Of a DNA stretch of 64,000 bases, positions 1 through 11,174 are shown piece after piece. Made by a program: the position numbers and the translations under genes. A model generated the notes under the pieces. The model did not search any database, was not told the DNA's origin, and saw only the letters and a list, made by a program, of their open reading frames with translations. How positions within the stretch are numbered: position 1 is the stretch's first letter; every line of letters starts with the position of its first letter. This DNA comes from Aestuariivirga sp. Lineage in GTDB: Bacteria > Pseudomonadota > Alphaproteobacteria > Rhizobiales > Aestuariivirgaceae. The stretch spans positions 74,577-138,576 of the forward strand of contig NZ_JADCDA010000008.1 of the NCBI RefSeq assembly GCF_020252405.1. Reading direction: 5' to 3'.

Positions 1-495
1 CTGGTCATGACCATGACGGCGACCATTGCGGGCGCCATTTCCATGCTCGCCAATTTCGGCTTGTTTTTCGGCGGCGGCCGCGACCGCAATAATCCGCTGG
101 GACCCATCGGTGCAATTCTGATGATCGTTGTTGCGCCGCTTGCCGCCATGCTGGTGCAGATGGCGATCAGCCGCACGCGCGAATATGGCGCTGACCGGGG
201 CGGCGCCGAAATCTCCGGCCAGCCCCTGGCCCTCGCCTCGGCACTCGGCAAGATTTCCGGAGCTGCGCATCAGATCCCGAATGCCACTGCCGAAGCCAAC
301 CCTGCGACGGCGCACATGTTCATCATCAACCCACTGTCCGGCATGCGGATGGACAACCTGTTCTCAACTCATCCGGATCCTGGCAAGCGCATTGCCGAGC
401 TGCAGAAACTCGCTGGCGAGATGGGCGCCACGCGCCGGCCCGGCGCGGGTCCGTGGGAAGCAGCACCCAGACATGCACGCGGTCCGTGGGGATGA
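1..495 (+). CDS. htpX: Zinc metalloprotease HtpX (M48), 5'-partial
   Basis: C-terminal M48 motifs [18 protein letters not shown] and LFSTHP; frame is open from the window edge. Confidence 0.93.
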   Translation: MVMTMTATIAGAISMLANFGLFFGGGRDRNNPLGPIGAILMIVVAPLAAMLVQMAISRTREYGADRGGAEISGQPLALASALGKISGAAHQIPNATAEANPATAHMFIINPLSGMRMDNLFSTHPDPGKRIAELQKLAGEMGATRRPGAGPWEAAPRHARGPWG

Positions 496-1799
496 TCCCA
501 GCCGCCACGAAGGGGCTGGAGGCACGCCGCCTCGCCCCCCTGCTGCTGCGCGCCTGCGTCGACCGCACGCTCACCGTGGAGGAGGCGATCTCGGGCAGCA
601 GGGATGCGCAGGCGCTGGAGCCGCGTAACCGCGCTCTGCTCGCAACGCTTCTGCTCACCGCTTTCCGGCACAAGGGCGAAATCGATGCGATCCTGGCGAA
701 GCTTGTCGACCGGCCGCTGCCGCGCAAGTCGGGCGCGGCGCGCGAGATTCTCGTTCTCGGCATCGCGCAGTTGCTGTTTCTCGGCATGGCTCCACATGCG
801 GTGATCGACCTCGCGGTGCGCAGCGCCAAGGCAGACCGGAACGCCCTGCATTTCTCCGGCCTCATTAACGCGGTGCTGCGCAAGGTGGCCAGTTGTGGAG
901 CAGCACTGCGCGACGGGCTGGACGGGCCGCGCCTCAATACCCCGGATTGGCTATGGTCGCGCTGGGCGAAGGCCTATGGCGAGGACAGCGTCCGCGCCAT
1001 CGCTCAGGCGCACGCCGAAAGGCCCGGCCTCGACATCAGTTTCAAGTCGGATGCGGAGAAATGGGCGGAGCCGCTCGGCGGTAGGCTTCTGCCGAACGGG
1101 CAGTTACGCCTGCCTCCCGGCCATGCGCCGGTTCCGGATCTGCCGGGCTTCGTGCAGGGCGCCTGGTGGATCCAGGATGCCGCTGCAACATTCCCTGCGC
1201 GGCTGCTGGGCGACGTGCATGGCAAGACCGTGCTCGATCTGTGTGCAGCACCGGGGGGCAAGACGCTGCAGCTTGCAGCCGCAGGCGCCAGGGTGACAGC
1301 TCTGGACCTGTCGGAAGCACGTCTCCGGCGTTTGCAAGAAAACCTCGTGCGTACTGGCCTCGCGGTTCAGGTCGTGGCCCAGAATATGCTGAGCCCCGGT
1401 CTTTCGGGAGAATGGGATGCCGTGCTGCTGGATGCCCCCTGCTCTGCCACCGGTACGATCCGCCGCCACCCCGAATTGCCCTATGTGAAGGACGAGGCCC
1501 AGATCCGCGAACTGGCCAGCCTGCAGCGCCGCATGCTGCGCAAGGCGGCGCTTTTGGTGAAGCCAGGCGGCACGCTCATCTATTGCACCTGTTCGCTGGA
1601 ACCGGAGGAGGGCGAGACACGGGTTAGCGGATTTCTGAGGGACAACCCGGATTTCGGGATCATAGCGGCCGGGGGAAGCTGGCTTCCCGAGGGTGCGGTC
1701 AGGCCCGAGGGCTGGGTGCGGACTCTGCCATCGATGCAGTATGGCGGCTCGGCTGGGATGGACAGTTTCTTCGCGGCGGCACTGCACCGCCACGCCTGA
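492..1799 (+). CDS. rsmB: 16S rRNA m5C967 methyltransferase RsmB/Sun (NusB domain plus methyltransferase domain)
   Basis: [13 protein letters not shown] motif, [21 protein letters not shown]; ATG at 492 overlaps the htpX stop (ATGA). Confidence 0.93.
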   Translation: MIPAATKGLEARRLAPLLLRACVDRTLTVEEAISGSRDAQALEPRNRALLATLLLTAFRHKGEIDAILAKLVDRPLPRKSGAAREILVLGIAQLLFLGMAPHAVIDLAVRSAKADRNALHFSGLINAVLRKVASCGAALRDGLDGPRLNTPDWLWSRWAKAYGEDSVRAIAQAHAERPGLDISFKSDAEKWAEPLGGRLLPNGQLRLPPGHAPVPDLPGFVQGAWWIQDAAATFPARLLGDVHGKTVLDLCAAPGGKTLQLAAAGARVTALDLSEARLRRLQENLVRTGLAVQVVAQNMLSPGLSGEWDAVLLDAPCSATGTIRRHPELPYVKDEAQIRELASLQRRMLRKAALLVKPGGTLIYCTCSLEPEEGETRVSGFLRDNPDFGIIAAGGSWLPEGAVRPEGWVRTLPSMQYGGSAGMDSFFAAALHRHA

Positions 1800-1806
1800 A
1801 TTGGCG

Positions 1807-1906
1807 CCGGTCAGGTGGACACACGTGGTCGGCAAGAACATGCGCCAGATCAAAAGCGTGAGCATGATCCGCGAAAGAGGTTCCACTTTTGCGGATCATG
1901 TTCTAA
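1807..1906. repeat. RIME/Bru-RS-like palindromic element, copy 1 (5' end degenerate)
   Basis: 26-nt hairpin ccggtcaggtg-gaca-cacgtggtcgg, then caagaacatgc, an A-rich linker, gcatgatccgcgaaag...cttttgcggatcatg and tcta; aligns with the copies at 7820, 27055 and 63227. Confidence 0.8.
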
Positions 1907-1937
1907 GCGGGCGGCGATCTCAACATCCGAGGCGCCG

Positions 1938-3518
1938 ATGACCGAGCCTGTCCGCCACGCCCTGCTTTCCGTGTCCGACAAGAGCGGGCTCGTTTCCTTC
2001 GCAGCGAAACTCGTTTCTCTCGGGATCGAGCTGATCTCGACTGGCGGCACGGCCAGAGCCCTCGCAGAGGCGGGGCTGCCCGTCATCGAGGTATCGCGTC
2101 TCACGGGTTTTCCGGAAATCATGGACGGACGGGTAAAGACGCTTCATCCTGCCATTCACGGCGGACTTCTGGGCATTCGCACCAGGGCCGCGCACAAGGC
2201 GGCAATGGAGAGCCACGGCATCTGCCCGATCGGCCTTCTGGTGGTCAACCTTTATCCCTTCGAGGCAACGGTGGCGCGGGGCGCCTCATGGGAAGACACG
2301 GTCGAGAACATCGATGTCGGCGGTCCGGCAATGATCCGGGCGGCGGCGAAGAACCACGATAGCGTCACGGTGATTGTCGATCCCGCCGATTACGAGGTCG
2401 TGGCCGGTGAGCTCGCGTCGGGCGGCAATCTGACCGCGTTGGAGACTCGCCGGTCCCTCGCCGCCAAGGCCTTTGCCCGCACCGCGAGTTATGATGCGGC
2501 CATCAGTCAATGGTTTGGTGCCCAATGGGGCGATCCTTTGGGCAGCTATTTCGCAACCGGCGGCGCCAGGCTTCAGGCCTTGCGTTATGGCGAAAACCCG
2601 CATCAGCAGGCCGCCTTCTATTCTGTTCCAGGCGAGCGCTTCGGCATCGCTGCGGCGCGTCAGCTGCAGGGCAAGGAACTCTCCTACAACAACATAAACG
2701 ACACGGACTCGGCGCTCGAATGCCTGGCGGAATTTGCCGGCGGCGGGCAGGCCGCCTGCGTCATCCTCAAGCACGCCAACCCCTGCGGCGTTGCCGTCGC
2801 TGCGGATTCCGCCTCCGCCTATCGCAAGGCGCTGGCCTGCGACCCGGTAAGCGCATTTGGCGGCATCGTGGCGTTGAGCGAGCCGCTGGACGCCAGAGCT
2901 GCGGCGGAAATCACCGAGCTGTTCACGGAAGTGATTATTGCTCCGTATGCGGATGAAAAGGCGGTTGAGATCGTTTCAAGGAAGAAGAATCTGCGCTTGC
3001 TTCTGCTCGACGGGCGGCCGCTGTCGGGTACCGGGCTGGCGGTGAAGTCGGTTGGCGGCGGCTTACTGGTGCAGACGCGCGACACGAATCCCATGGACGC
3101 GATGGATCTCAAGGTGGTGACAAAGCGGCAGCCGACACCCGCGGAACTCGCCGACATGCAATTTGCCTTCCGCGTCGCCAAGCATGTGAAATCCAATGCC
3201 GTCGTCTATGCGAAGAACGGGGCCACCGTCGGCATTGGCGCGGGGCAGATGTCGCGGGTCGATTCGGCGCGCATTGCGGCGCTCAAGAATGCCGGTGTTT
3301 CGCAGGCGGCGGGGCTCTCCGAGCCATCGATCCGTGGCTCCGTCGTTGCGTCGGATGCCTTTTTCCCTTTCCCGGACGGACTGCTTGAGGCCGCTGAAGC
3401 CGGGGCTACGGCGGTGATCCAGCCGGGCGGGTCGATGAAGGACGAGGATGTGATCCGTTCCGCGGATGAGAATGGCTTGGCCATGATCTTCACCGGCGTC
3501 AGGCACTTCCGCCATTAG
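1938..3518 (+). CDS. purH: Bifunctional AICAR transformylase/IMP cyclohydrolase PurH
   Basis: [53 protein letters not shown]. Confidence 0.97.
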   Translation: MTEPVRHALLSVSDKSGLVSFAAKLVSLGIELISTGGTARALAEAGLPVIEVSRLTGFPEIMDGRVKTLHPAIHGGLLGIRTRAAHKAAMESHGICPIGLLVVNLYPFEATVARGASWEDTVENIDVGGPAMIRAAAKNHDSVTVIVDPADYEVVAGELASGGNLTALETRRSLAAKAFARTASYDAAISQWFGAQWGDPLGSYFATGGARLQALRYGENPHQQAAFYSVPGERFGIAAARQLQGKELSYNNINDTDSALECLAEFAGGGQAACVILKHANPCGVAVAADSASAYRKALACDPVSAFGGIVALSEPLDARAAAEITELFTEVIIAPYADEKAVEIVSRKKNLRLLLLDGRPLSGTGLAVKSVGGGLLVQTRDTNPMDAMDLKVVTKRQPTPAELADMQFAFRVAKHVKSNAVVYAKNGATVGIGAGQMSRVDSARIAALKNAGVSQAAGLSEPSIRGSVVASDAFFPFPDGLLEAAEAGATAVIQPGGSMKDEDVIRSADENGLAMIFTGVRHFRH

Positions 3519-3553
3519 CGCAAGTTACGATCAGGTGGAATTGAAACCTGCTC

Positions 3554-4417
3554 CTATCTCTGCAAACGTCGGCAAACGTCCTCGAGCTGATCGAGCGTTT
3601 TGTAACTGATCACCATGACGCCACTGCCGTCGTCCCTGTGGGTGATTTCGAGCTTCAGCCCGATGGCCTCCGACACCAGTTTTTCGAGGGCGCGCGTGTC
3701 GGCATCCTTCTCCGGCTTAATCTTCTGCTTCTTGGGCGCTGATGTTTCGCGCGCCAGCTTCTCTGCCTCGCGCACTGAGAGGCCAAGCTTTATGATCCGG
3801 GCTGCAAGTTCCGCAGGCGAATCGGTTGCCACCAAGGCACGCGCATGGCCGGCGGTGAGACGGCCCTGCTCGATCTCGGCGCGCACCGCCTCCGGCAGGC
3901 TCAACAGGCGCAGTGTATTGGCGATGTGGCTGCGGCTCTTGCCGATTGAGTCAGCCAGCTGCTGCTGGGTGTAACTGAATTGCTCAAGCAGCATGCTGTA
4001 GGCGCGGGCCTCTTCCAGCGCGTTGAGGTCGGATCGCTGGATATTCTCGATCAGGGCAATTTCCAGCGCCTCCCCGTCGGTGAGGTCGCGGATCAGCACG
4101 GGGACCTCGTGCACGCCGGCGCGTTGCGCGGCACGCCAGCGGCGCTCGCCCGCCACGATTTCATATTCGCCGTTGGCAATGGGCCGCACGACGATAGGCT
4201 GCAACAGACCCTTCTCCCGGATCGATCTTGATAGATCCTCGATGTCGGCCTCCGCGAAGTTCTTGCGCGGATTGTTGGGGCTGGCCTTGAGCAGGTCGAC
4301 GGGCATGTGGCGCAGCGAGCGCACGTCCTGCACCACGGCCTCCTCGCTGGTGTCCTCACCGATCAGCGCGGCCAGTCCGCGGCCAAGTCGCTTCTTTTGA
4401 GGGCTTCCCATGTCCAT
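3554..4417 (-). CDS. parB: Chromosome partitioning CTPase ParB
   Basis: N-terminal LGRGLAAL, GERRWRA CTP motif, ALIENIQR, GKSRSHIAN HTH. Confidence 0.97.
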   Translation of the reverse strand: MDMGSPQKKRLGRGLAALIGEDTSEEAVVQDVRSLRHMPVDLLKASPNNPRKNFAEADIEDLSRSIREKGLLQPIVVRPIANGEYEIVAGERRWRAAQRAGVHEVPVLIRDLTDGEALEIALIENIQRSDLNALEEARAYSMLLEQFSYTQQQLADSIGKSRSHIANTLRLLSLPEAVRAEIEQGRLTAGHARALVATDSPAELAARIIKLGLSVREAEKLARETSAPKKQKIKPEKDADTRALEKLVSEAIGLKLEITHRDDGSGVMVISYKTLDQLEDVCRRLQR

Positions 4418-4462
4418 GTCTCGTCCAATTCTCCCTAAAATGCGATTGCTTCTGAATTAAAT

Positions 4463-5308
4463 CTAGGCGACGCGCAGTTCACGCTCGCGGCGGATGATCT
4501 CGGATGCCAGGCGGATATAGGCCTGAGAGCCAACGCAGGCATTGTCATAGAGCAGTACCGGCTTGCCATGCGAGGGCGCCTCGGAAATCCGGACATTGCG
4601 GGGTATAACAGTCTGGTAAACCTTGTCACCCAAAACACTGCGCACATCCTCCGCCACCTGTTCGGATAGATTGTTGCGGCGGTCGAACATGGTCAGCACC
4701 ACACCTTGGATGGTGAGGCGCGGGTTGAGGTTGGCTCTCACCCGCTCCACTGTCTTGATCAGCTGACTGAGGCCTTCGAGTGCGAAGAACTCGCACTGCA
4801 GCGGCACCAGTATGGCATCTGCCGCCGACAGCGAGTTGATGGTCAGCAGGTTGAGCGACGGCGGGCAATCGACCAGAATATAACTGTAGCTGCGTTCCGG
4901 ATCGTTCTCGCGGCAGAGAAGGGCAATGGCATCTGCCAGGCGATAGGTCTTGCGGTCGATGCTGGCAAGTTCAAGTTCTGCCCCGAGCAGGTCCATGGTC
5001 GATGGTGCGCAATGAAGCCGCGGAATGCCGGAATCGACGATCACGTTGCGCAGCGACGCCTCGCCCATCAGCACATGATAGGTTGATTTCTGGCCGGGGC
5101 GACGGTGCACACCGAGGCCGGTGCTGGCATTGCCTTGGGGGTCGAGGTCGATAATCAGTACCCGCTCGCCCACGGCTGCCAGTGCTGTGCCGAGGTTAAT
5201 GGCCGTCGTGGTCTTGCCGACGCCCCCCTTCTGGTTGGCGACTGCAAGGATGCGCGGGGCCGGAGCAAGCGAAGCGCCATGGGTCGGGTCAGACACGGGA
5301 GGCCTCAC
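4463..5308 (-). CDS. parA: Chromosome partitioning ATPase ParA/Soj
   Basis: Deviant Walker A NQKGGVGKTTT, DLDPQGNAST, DCPPSL, IPRNVRISEAPSHG; start codon uncertain. Confidence 0.96.
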   Translation of the reverse strand: MRPPVSDPTHGASLAPAPRILAVANQKGGVGKTTTAINLGTALAAVGERVLIIDLDPQGNASTGLGVHRRPGQKSTYHVLMGEASLRNVIVDSGIPRLHCAPSTMDLLGAELELASIDRKTYRLADAIALLCRENDPERSYSYILVDCPPSLNLLTINSLSAADAILVPLQCEFFALEGLSQLIKTVERVRANLNPRLTIQGVVLTMFDRRNNLSEQVAEDVRSVLGDKVYQTVIPRNVRISEAPSHGKPVLLYDNACVGSQAYIRLASEIIRRERELRVA

Positions 5309-5912
5309 GGATTTCGAGGATGACGCCCCGCGAGTCGCATTGGCTCGCGTGTTTCAAGAACTTCATTCTCCAGCATTTTGTGGCCTCGGTCAATTCAGCA
5401 TCAACATCTTGTCCCTTGTGAAAGAGCCCGACGGACCCTTGAGACAGGAAAGGTTCTGCATAATCGAGCAGCAAAGGCAGAGGGGCCAAGGCGCGGGCAA
5501 CGACACAATCGACCTTGGGGATGTTGCGATCACCCGCCAAGCTTTCCAGCCGAACATTGTGTATTGTCGTCCGGGTTCCAGTCTGACGCGCTGCCTCACG
5601 CAGGAATGCTGCTTTTTTTCCATTGCTTTCATAGAGATGTGCGTCGAGGCCTGCGGCAATGGCCAGCATGAGCCCGGGAATTCCGGCACCGGAGCCCAGT
5701 TCGGCGATGCTTCGAGCTCCTGGGGGAAGAAATGGTAGAAGTTGAAGGGCGTCGCAGACGTGCCGCTCCCAAACCGCAGCGACCGTTGCGGGGCCAATCA
5801 GATTGATATGTTTCTGCCACGTCAGCAGCAGCGTCACATAGGTCTCGATCTTCAACCGTGTCTCACGTGAAACATTGAAGCGGTTCAGGATAGCCTGCGC
5901 GTCAGATGCCAT
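5289..5912 (-). CDS. rsmG: 16S rRNA m7G527 methyltransferase RsmG (GidB)
   Basis: ELGSGAGIPG, ESNGKKAAFL, VVARALA; lies between gidA and parA; TGATG overlap with mnmG. Confidence 0.94.
   Translation of the reverse strand: MASDAQAILNRFNVSRETRLKIETYVTLLLTWQKHINLIGPATVAAVWERHVCDALQLLPFLPPGARSIAELGSGAGIPGLMLAIAAGLDAHLYESNGKKAAFLREAARQTGTRTTIHNVRLESLAGDRNIPKVDCVVARALAPLPLLLDYAEPFLSQGSVGLFHKGQDVDAELTEATKCWRMKFLKHASQCDSRGVILEIREASRV
5859..5874. promoter_or_regulatory. parS: parS site (1 mismatch) inside the rsmG coding sequence
   Basis: TGTCTCACGTGAAACA versus consensus TGTTTCACGTGAAACA; read on the minus strand it encodes N-V-S-R-E-T. Confidence 0.88.
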
Positions 5913-7777
5913 CACGCCGCATTCTGCCGCCCGTTGCGCCTGACATGGCCCAGAACGACCACCAGTGCGGTCGGCGTCATGCCATCAATTCGTGCAGCTT
6001 GGCCCAGCGTGGCAGGCCGAACTGCGGCGAGTTTCTGCCGGAGTTCTGCCGAGAGGCTGGGCATCGCATCATAATCAAGGCCTGACGGAAGGGTGAGCTG
6101 TTCTTCCTTTCGAAGAGCAGCGATGTCCGCCTCCTGGCGCTGGAGGTAACCGGTATAGAGAGCTTCGGCCTCCAGCGCCTCCACAACGTCGGGACGAAGC
6201 TCCTGCAACTGTGGCCATAGGCGGGTGACACCGGACCAGCCAATCTCCGCCATCCCCAACATATCCAGCGCCGAGCGTCGGAGCCCATCCTGGTTAACTT
6301 TCAGGCCCTTGCGGGCCGCCTCACCCGTAGAGAGTGTGAGGGAGCGAACAAGATCGAGGCCGCTTCGGACTGCGTTCTCCCGGGTCCGGAAGGCGGCTTG
6401 ACGCGAACCTCCAACCAATCCTGCGGCGATGCCGATGGGGGTGAGGCGGAGGTCGGCATTGTCGGCCCGAAGCGAAAGACGATATTCGGCGCGCGACGTG
6501 AACATTCGGTAGGGCTCGGCAACACCGCGCGTCACCAGATCGTCGATCATCACACCGATATAGGCTGAGCTGCGGTCCAGCACGAATGGCGACTGTCCGA
6601 CCGCCTTCCGAGCAGCGTTCGCGCCCGCAATGAGTCCCTGGGCGGCGGCTTCCTCATAGCCCGTCGTTCCGTTGATCTGGCCCGCGAGGAACAATCCGGG
6701 CAACTTCTTCACCTCAAGCGCAGCCGTCAATTCACGCGGGTCGACATAGTCATATTCGATGGCATAACCCCAGCGCTTGATCACCACTTCTTCCAGACCC
6801 GGCATGCTGCGGATGAAGCCCTCCTGAACATCCTCCGGAAGAGATGTCGAGATTCCGTTCGGATAGACGGTGTCGTCGTCAAGCCCCTCGGGCTCGAGGA
6901 ACACCTGGTGGCTTTCCTTGTCCCGAAAACGCTGAACCTTGTCCTCGATCGACGGGCAATAGCGTGGCCCCAACCCTTCGATCTGCCCGGAGTAGAGCGG
7001 CGAGCGATGCATGTTATCGCGGATCAGGCGGTGGCCTTGGGCGGTCGTGTGCGTGATGTAACAAGATAGCTGAGGCGTCTCGATGGTGGAGGTCATGAAG
7101 GAGAAAGGAACCGGATCGGCATCGCCCTTTTGTTCCTCCAACCGGTTCCAGGCGATTGTACGCCCGTCCAACCGTGCCGGCGTGCCCGTCTTGAGCCGAC
7201 CCAGCTTCAGTCCGGCGGCAGCGAGCTGCTCGGAAAACCCTCGGCTCGGTGGCTCACCGTGTCGCCCTGCAGGAATGCGCCGGTCGCCAATGTGAATGAG
7301 ACCATTGAGAAATGTACCGGTGGTGAGGACAACCGCAGAACAGCAAAACACCCGGTCGTCTTCACAGATGACACCCGTCACTCTGCCGTCCCGCAGCTGC
7401 AGTCCATGAGCTGATCCCACCACCACCGAGAGGTTCGGCTGGTCCGCGATGGCTGTCTGCATTGCCTTCCGATAGAGCTTGCGGTCAGCCTGCGCCCGTG
7501 GCCCTCGAACGGCAGGACCTTTTGAGCGGTTAAGCAATCGAAACTGGATGCCGGCGCGGTCGGCAGCCCGCGCCATGAGACCATCCAAAGCATCGATTTC
7601 CCGAACCAGATGGCCCTTACCCAGACCGCCTATTGCGGGATTGCAAGACATCTCGCCGATGGTATCGGAGCGATGTGTGAGCAAGGCTGTGCGGGCGCCC
7701 ATGCGTGCGGCAGCGGCAGCTGCCTCGGCACCGGCATGTCCGCCGCCAATGACGATGACATCGAAGTGCGCAGTCAT
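5912..7777 (-). CDS. mnmG: tRNA U34 carboxymethylaminomethyl modification FAD enzyme MnmG (GidA)
   Basis: [11 protein letters not shown] motif, [51 protein letters not shown]. Confidence 0.97.
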   Translation of the reverse strand: MTAHFDVIVIGGGHAGAEAAAAAARMGARTALLTHRSDTIGEMSCNPAIGGLGKGHLVREIDALDGLMARAADRAGIQFRLLNRSKGPAVRGPRAQADRKLYRKAMQTAIADQPNLSVVVGSAHGLQLRDGRVTGVICEDDRVFCCSAVVLTTGTFLNGLIHIGDRRIPAGRHGEPPSRGFSEQLAAAGLKLGRLKTGTPARLDGRTIAWNRLEEQKGDADPVPFSFMTSTIETPQLSCYITHTTAQGHRLIRDNMHRSPLYSGQIEGLGPRYCPSIEDKVQRFRDKESHQVFLEPEGLDDDTVYPNGISTSLPEDVQEGFIRSMPGLEEVVIKRWGYAIEYDYVDPRELTAALEVKKLPGLFLAGQINGTTGYEEAAAQGLIAGANAARKAVGQSPFVLDRSSAYIGVMIDDLVTRGVAEPYRMFTSRAEYRLSLRADNADLRLTPIGIAAGLVGGSRQAAFRTRENAVRSGLDLVRSLTLSTGEAARKGLKVNQDGLRRSALDMLGMAEIGWSGVTRLWPQLQELRPDVVEALEAEALYTGYLQRQEADIAALRKEEQLTLPSGLDYDAMPSLSAELRQKLAAVRPATLGQAARIDGMTPTALVVVLGHVRRNGRQNAA

Positions 7778-7819
7778 TGGGTTTCTTTAGGCCAAACTGG
7801 TCACGAGGTCAAAAGCCGT

Positions 7820-7931
7820 CAGCGCATGTTCCGACCAGTTGGAATCACCCGGTCGGAATATGCGCCAGATAAAAAAGCTCGAGCATGATCTTGGCGCGAA
7901 AGTGGGTTCTACTCTTGCGGATCATGCGCTG
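7820..7931. repeat. RIME/Bru-RS-like palindromic element, copy 2
   Basis: Perfect 9-bp terminal inverted repeat cagcgcatg...catgcgctg; internal hairpin ccgacc...ggtcgg (7831-7856), A-rich linker, gcatgatc...gatcatgc. Confidence 0.85.
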
Positions 7932-7932
7932 G

Positions 7933-7948
7933 TGTTTCACGTGAAACA
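7933..7948. promoter_or_regulatory. parS: parS site, perfect consensus
   Basis: TGTTTCACGTGAAACA, a perfect 16-bp palindrome in the mnmE-mnmG intergenic region close to parAB. Confidence 0.95.
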
Positions 7949-7951
7949 GGC

Positions 7952-9283
7952 CTACTTGCCGATGCAGAACCTGCTGAATATAGCTCCCAGCCACTCTTCT
8001 ACACAAATCTTACCCGTGAGACGACCGATCTCCTCGGAGGCAAGGCGGATTTCTTCAGCCTTGAGTTCCAGATGGCCCGAAGGTGTCTTAAAGGCATTGT
8101 TTAGGAGCCTGATCGAACTGCGTGCTGCGGAGACCTGGCGGGCTGAAACAAGAAGAGATGACTCAACGGTGCCATAACGACGCTTAAGCAAGCCGGATAG
8201 ATGGTCGATAAAGACTGGTATTCCTTCCCCGGTGCGTGTCGAAATCGATAATCCGGCATTCGGGAGTTCGTTTCGGAAGAGTCCTGGATTTAGGTCGCAC
8301 TTATTCCGAACGACAATGTCGGGCGCCTGTTCAATGGGACATGCGCTACCCTCAACGTCAGGAGACCAGACCCAGACCACGATATCCGCCTCGGACATGC
8401 GCAGCAGAGTTCGGCGGATACCCTCTTCCTCCACCTCATCGGATGCCCTGCTGCGCAAGCCTGCGGTGTCAGTCAACACGACTGGAACGCCATCGATGTC
8501 GAGCAAGACCTCGATCGAGTCCCGTGTCGTTCCCGGCACGTCCGACACGATGGCCGCATCCCGGCGTGCCATGGTGTTCAGCAAGCTCGATTTTCCAGTG
8601 TTCGGCCGTCCCGACAGGACCACCTGAACGCCATCCCGCACAACCTCGGCCACCGCAGATGCTTCCACCGCGCTCGAAATTTCGGCGAGCAGTGCGGAAA
8701 TCCGGCCATCGATTCCCGCGGCGGCCTCTTCTGCCACACCCGGCTCGTCGACAAAATCGACAACCGCTTCGATATCCGCCCGGATGAGCAAGAGTTGACG
8801 TCGCCAATGCTCGAAAATGTCGCTCGCCAGTCCGGACATTTGCCGGAAGGCCTGGCGCCGCTGGTTGGCCGTGCGGGCTTCCAACAGGTCAGCAAGACCC
8901 TCGACTTCCACAAGGTCCATTTTTCCATTGAGAAAGGCCCGCCGGCTGAACTCTCCAGCCTCTGCAGGCCGCACGCCGTGAAAACTGCCGAGGGCGGCCA
9001 GTACAGCACTCACCACTGCCGGACTGCCATGCAGATGGAGTTCCGCGCAATCTTCGCCCGTGAAGGATCGGGGGGCCGGGAGCCACACGACGATGGCCTT
9101 GTCGAGCGCCTCTCCGCTGGATGGATCGCGGATTGACCGGAGCGCAAAGTCCCGCGGGGCGGGAAGTTCGCCGATAAAACCCGCGAGCAAACTGGCCGCC
9201 GCAGGTCCAGAAATGCGGATGACGGCGACACCAGAACGTCCTGCTCCCGACGAGAGGGCGTAGATCGTGTCAGTGACTGTCAT
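7952..9283 (-). CDS. mnmE: tRNA modification GTPase MnmE (TrmE)
   Basis: SFTGED, GRPNTGKS G1, GTTRD G2, DTAGLR G3, NKCD G4, C-terminal FCIGK. Confidence 0.97.
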   Translation of the reverse strand: MTVTDTIYALSSGAGRSGVAVIRISGPAAASLLAGFIGELPAPRDFALRSIRDPSSGEALDKAIVVWLPAPRSFTGEDCAELHLHGSPAVVSAVLAALGSFHGVRPAEAGEFSRRAFLNGKMDLVEVEGLADLLEARTANQRRQAFRQMSGLASDIFEHWRRQLLLIRADIEAVVDFVDEPGVAEEAAAGIDGRISALLAEISSAVEASAVAEVVRDGVQVVLSGRPNTGKSSLLNTMARRDAAIVSDVPGTTRDSIEVLLDIDGVPVVLTDTAGLRSRASDEVEEEGIRRTLLRMSEADIVVWVWSPDVEGSACPIEQAPDIVVRNKCDLNPGLFRNELPNAGLSISTRTGEGIPVFIDHLSGLLKRRYGTVESSLLVSARQVSAARSSIRLLNNAFKTPSGHLELKAEEIRLASEEIGRLTGKICVEEWLGAIFSRFCIGK

Positions 9284-9328
9284 TTCGACCTCGGATCGAA
9301 CGACGCGCTATGCCGTCTCAGACATTCA

Positions 9329-10612
9329 TCAGGCGTTCATGGAGTCGAAGAAGTCGCTGTTGCCCTTGGTTTGGCGCAGCTTGTCGAGCAGGAACTCGAT
9401 GGCGTCCACCGTGCCCATAGGGTTCAGGATCCGGCGCAGCACGTAGGTTTTCTTCAAAAGGTCGGGCTTCACCAGCAGTTCTTCCTTGCGGGTGCCGGAG
9501 CGCAAGATGTCGATCGCTGGAAAGACCCGCTTGTCCGCCACCTTACGGTCAAGGATGATTTCCGAGTTGCCGGTACCTTTGAACTCCTCGAAGATAACTT
9601 CATCCATGCGGCTGCCGGTATCGATGAGCGCGGTGGCGATGATGGTCAGCGAGCCACCCTCCTCGATGTTGCGCGCGGCACCGAAAAATCGCTTTGGCCG
9701 CTGGAGCGCGTTGGCGTCCACACCACCGGTCAGAACCTTGCCGGAGGACGGTACAACGGTGTTGTAGGCACGGCCCAGACGGGTGATGGAATCAAGCAGG
9801 ATTACCACGTCACGGCCATGCTCCACCAGGCGTTTGGCCTTTTCGATAACCATTTCGGCGACCTGAACGTGGCGGGACGCAGGCTCGTCGAAGGTGGAAC
9901 TGATGACCTCGCCCTTCACAGAGCGCTGCATGTCGGTCACTTCCTCCGGACGCTCGTCGATGAGCAGCACAATAAGGTAGCATTCCGGATGGTTGGCGGT
10001 GATGGCATGCGCGATATTCTGCAGCAGAACGGTCTTGCCGGTGCGCGGCGGGGCCACGATAAGGCCACGCTGGCCCTTGCCAAGCGGCGAGACGATATCG
10101 ATGACCCGCGAGGAGTAATCCTTCTTCGTCGGGTCGCCAGTTTCCATTTCCAGGCGTTCGTCCGGGTAGAGCGGCGTCAGATTGTCGAAGTGAACTTTGT
10201 GGCGGGTCTTTTCTGGATCCTCGAAGTTGATCCGGTTGACTTTGACGAGGGCAAAATAGCGTTCGCCTTCCTTCGGGCTGCGGATCTGGCCTTCCACGGT
10301 GTCACCGGTTCGGAGTGTGAACTTCCGGATCTGACTGGGGCTGATGTAGATGTCGTCAGGGCCGGCCAGGTAATTGGCGTCGGGCGAGCGCAGGAAGCCG
10401 AAGCCATCCTGCAGCACCTCCACAACGCCTTCGCCGATGATTTCCACCTCCCGGGCGGCCAAATTCTTGAGAATCGCGAACAGCAACTCCTGCTTGCGGA
10501 GTGCGCTGGCATTTTCGACCTCGAGTTCCTCGGCGAGCGACACGAGCTCGGCTGGCGTCTTCAATTTGAGATCCTGAAGCTTGATCTCTTTCAGGTCAGC
10601 AATAGCAGTCAT
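9329..10612 (-). CDS. rho: Transcription termination factor Rho
   Basis: [46 protein letters not shown]. Confidence 0.98.
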   Translation of the reverse strand: MTAIADLKEIKLQDLKLKTPAELVSLAEELEVENASALRKQELLFAILKNLAAREVEIIGEGVVEVLQDGFGFLRSPDANYLAGPDDIYISPSQIRKFTLRTGDTVEGQIRSPKEGERYFALVKVNRINFEDPEKTRHKVHFDNLTPLYPDERLEMETGDPTKKDYSSRVIDIVSPLGKGQRGLIVAPPRTGKTVLLQNIAHAITANHPECYLIVLLIDERPEEVTDMQRSVKGEVISSTFDEPASRHVQVAEMVIEKAKRLVEHGRDVVILLDSITRLGRAYNTVVPSSGKVLTGGVDANALQRPKRFFGAARNIEEGGSLTIIATALIDTGSRMDEVIFEEFKGTGNSEIILDRKVADKRVFPAIDILRSGTRKEELLVKPDLLKKTYVLRRILNPMGTVDAIEFLLDKLRQTKGNSDFFDSMNA

Positions 10613-10700
10613 AATCTTTTCTTTATGGGGGGTTCCGGCGCGGGAGCGGGAACGTTGAGGCGGGTGCGCGTCAAGCCGTGGGCGATGCGTTGTTCGCCCA

Positions 10701-10729
10701 GTATAGCTGCTCCGCCCGCCCCCGCCAAG
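10701..10729 (-). promoter_or_regulatory. Putative sigma70 promoter of rho
   Basis: Minus strand reads CTTGGC-N17-CTATAC, one mismatch per box to the alphaproteobacterial consensus CTTGAC-N17-CTATAT. Confidence 0.55.
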
Positions 10730-10736
10730 AATAAAC

Positions 10737-11174
10737 TCAGAAAGGCTTGATGATCACAAGGATGACGATACCGATCAAAAGCAAGGTGGGCACCTCGTTG
10801 ATGATGCGGAAATAGCGGCCAGGCCTGCTCTCACGGCCATTGCGAAACCGCGCGGTGTGGACCTCGAGAAGCCCGTGAAAGGCAAACATAATGGCCACAA
10901 GAAGAAGCTTCAGCCAAAGCCATGGGGGCATGGCCTGATCCCAGCTGCCAAGATAAATGAGCAGCACACCACTGATCAGGGCCACAGTAGCCGCTGGCCG
11001 CATAATCGCCTTAAGGAGCCGCCTCTCCATCACCCTGAAGACTGAAATCAAGTCGCTTTTCACTTTGTTTTCAGTATGATAAACAAAAAGACGCGGGAGA
11101 TAAAAAAGCCCCGCCATCCACGATATGACGGCAAGAATATGAAGAACCTTCATCCAGCTATAGTAATCATTCAT
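10737..11174 (-). CDS. hemJ: Protoporphyrinogen oxidase HemJ
   Basis: [23 protein letters not shown] and RIINEVPT; directly downstream of hemE. Confidence 0.94.
   Translation of the reverse strand: MNDYYSWMKVLHILAVISWMAGLFYLPRLFVYHTENKVKSDLISVFRVMERRLLKAIMRPAATVALISGVLLIYLGSWDQAMPPWLWLKLLLVAIMFAFHGLLEVHTARFRNGRESRPGRYFRIINEVPTLLLIGIVILVIIKPF

Noticed and set aside
1807-1832. Apparent inversion of hairpin A in copy 1 relative to copy 3
   Set aside because: Copy 2 has a G-C pair at the discriminating position, so independent point changes in copies 1 and 3 explain the difference without inversion.
1800-1937. Possible ZTP (pfl) riboswitch in the purH leader
   Set aside because: The hairpins are explained by the dispersed repeat family, and I see no ZTP aptamer features.
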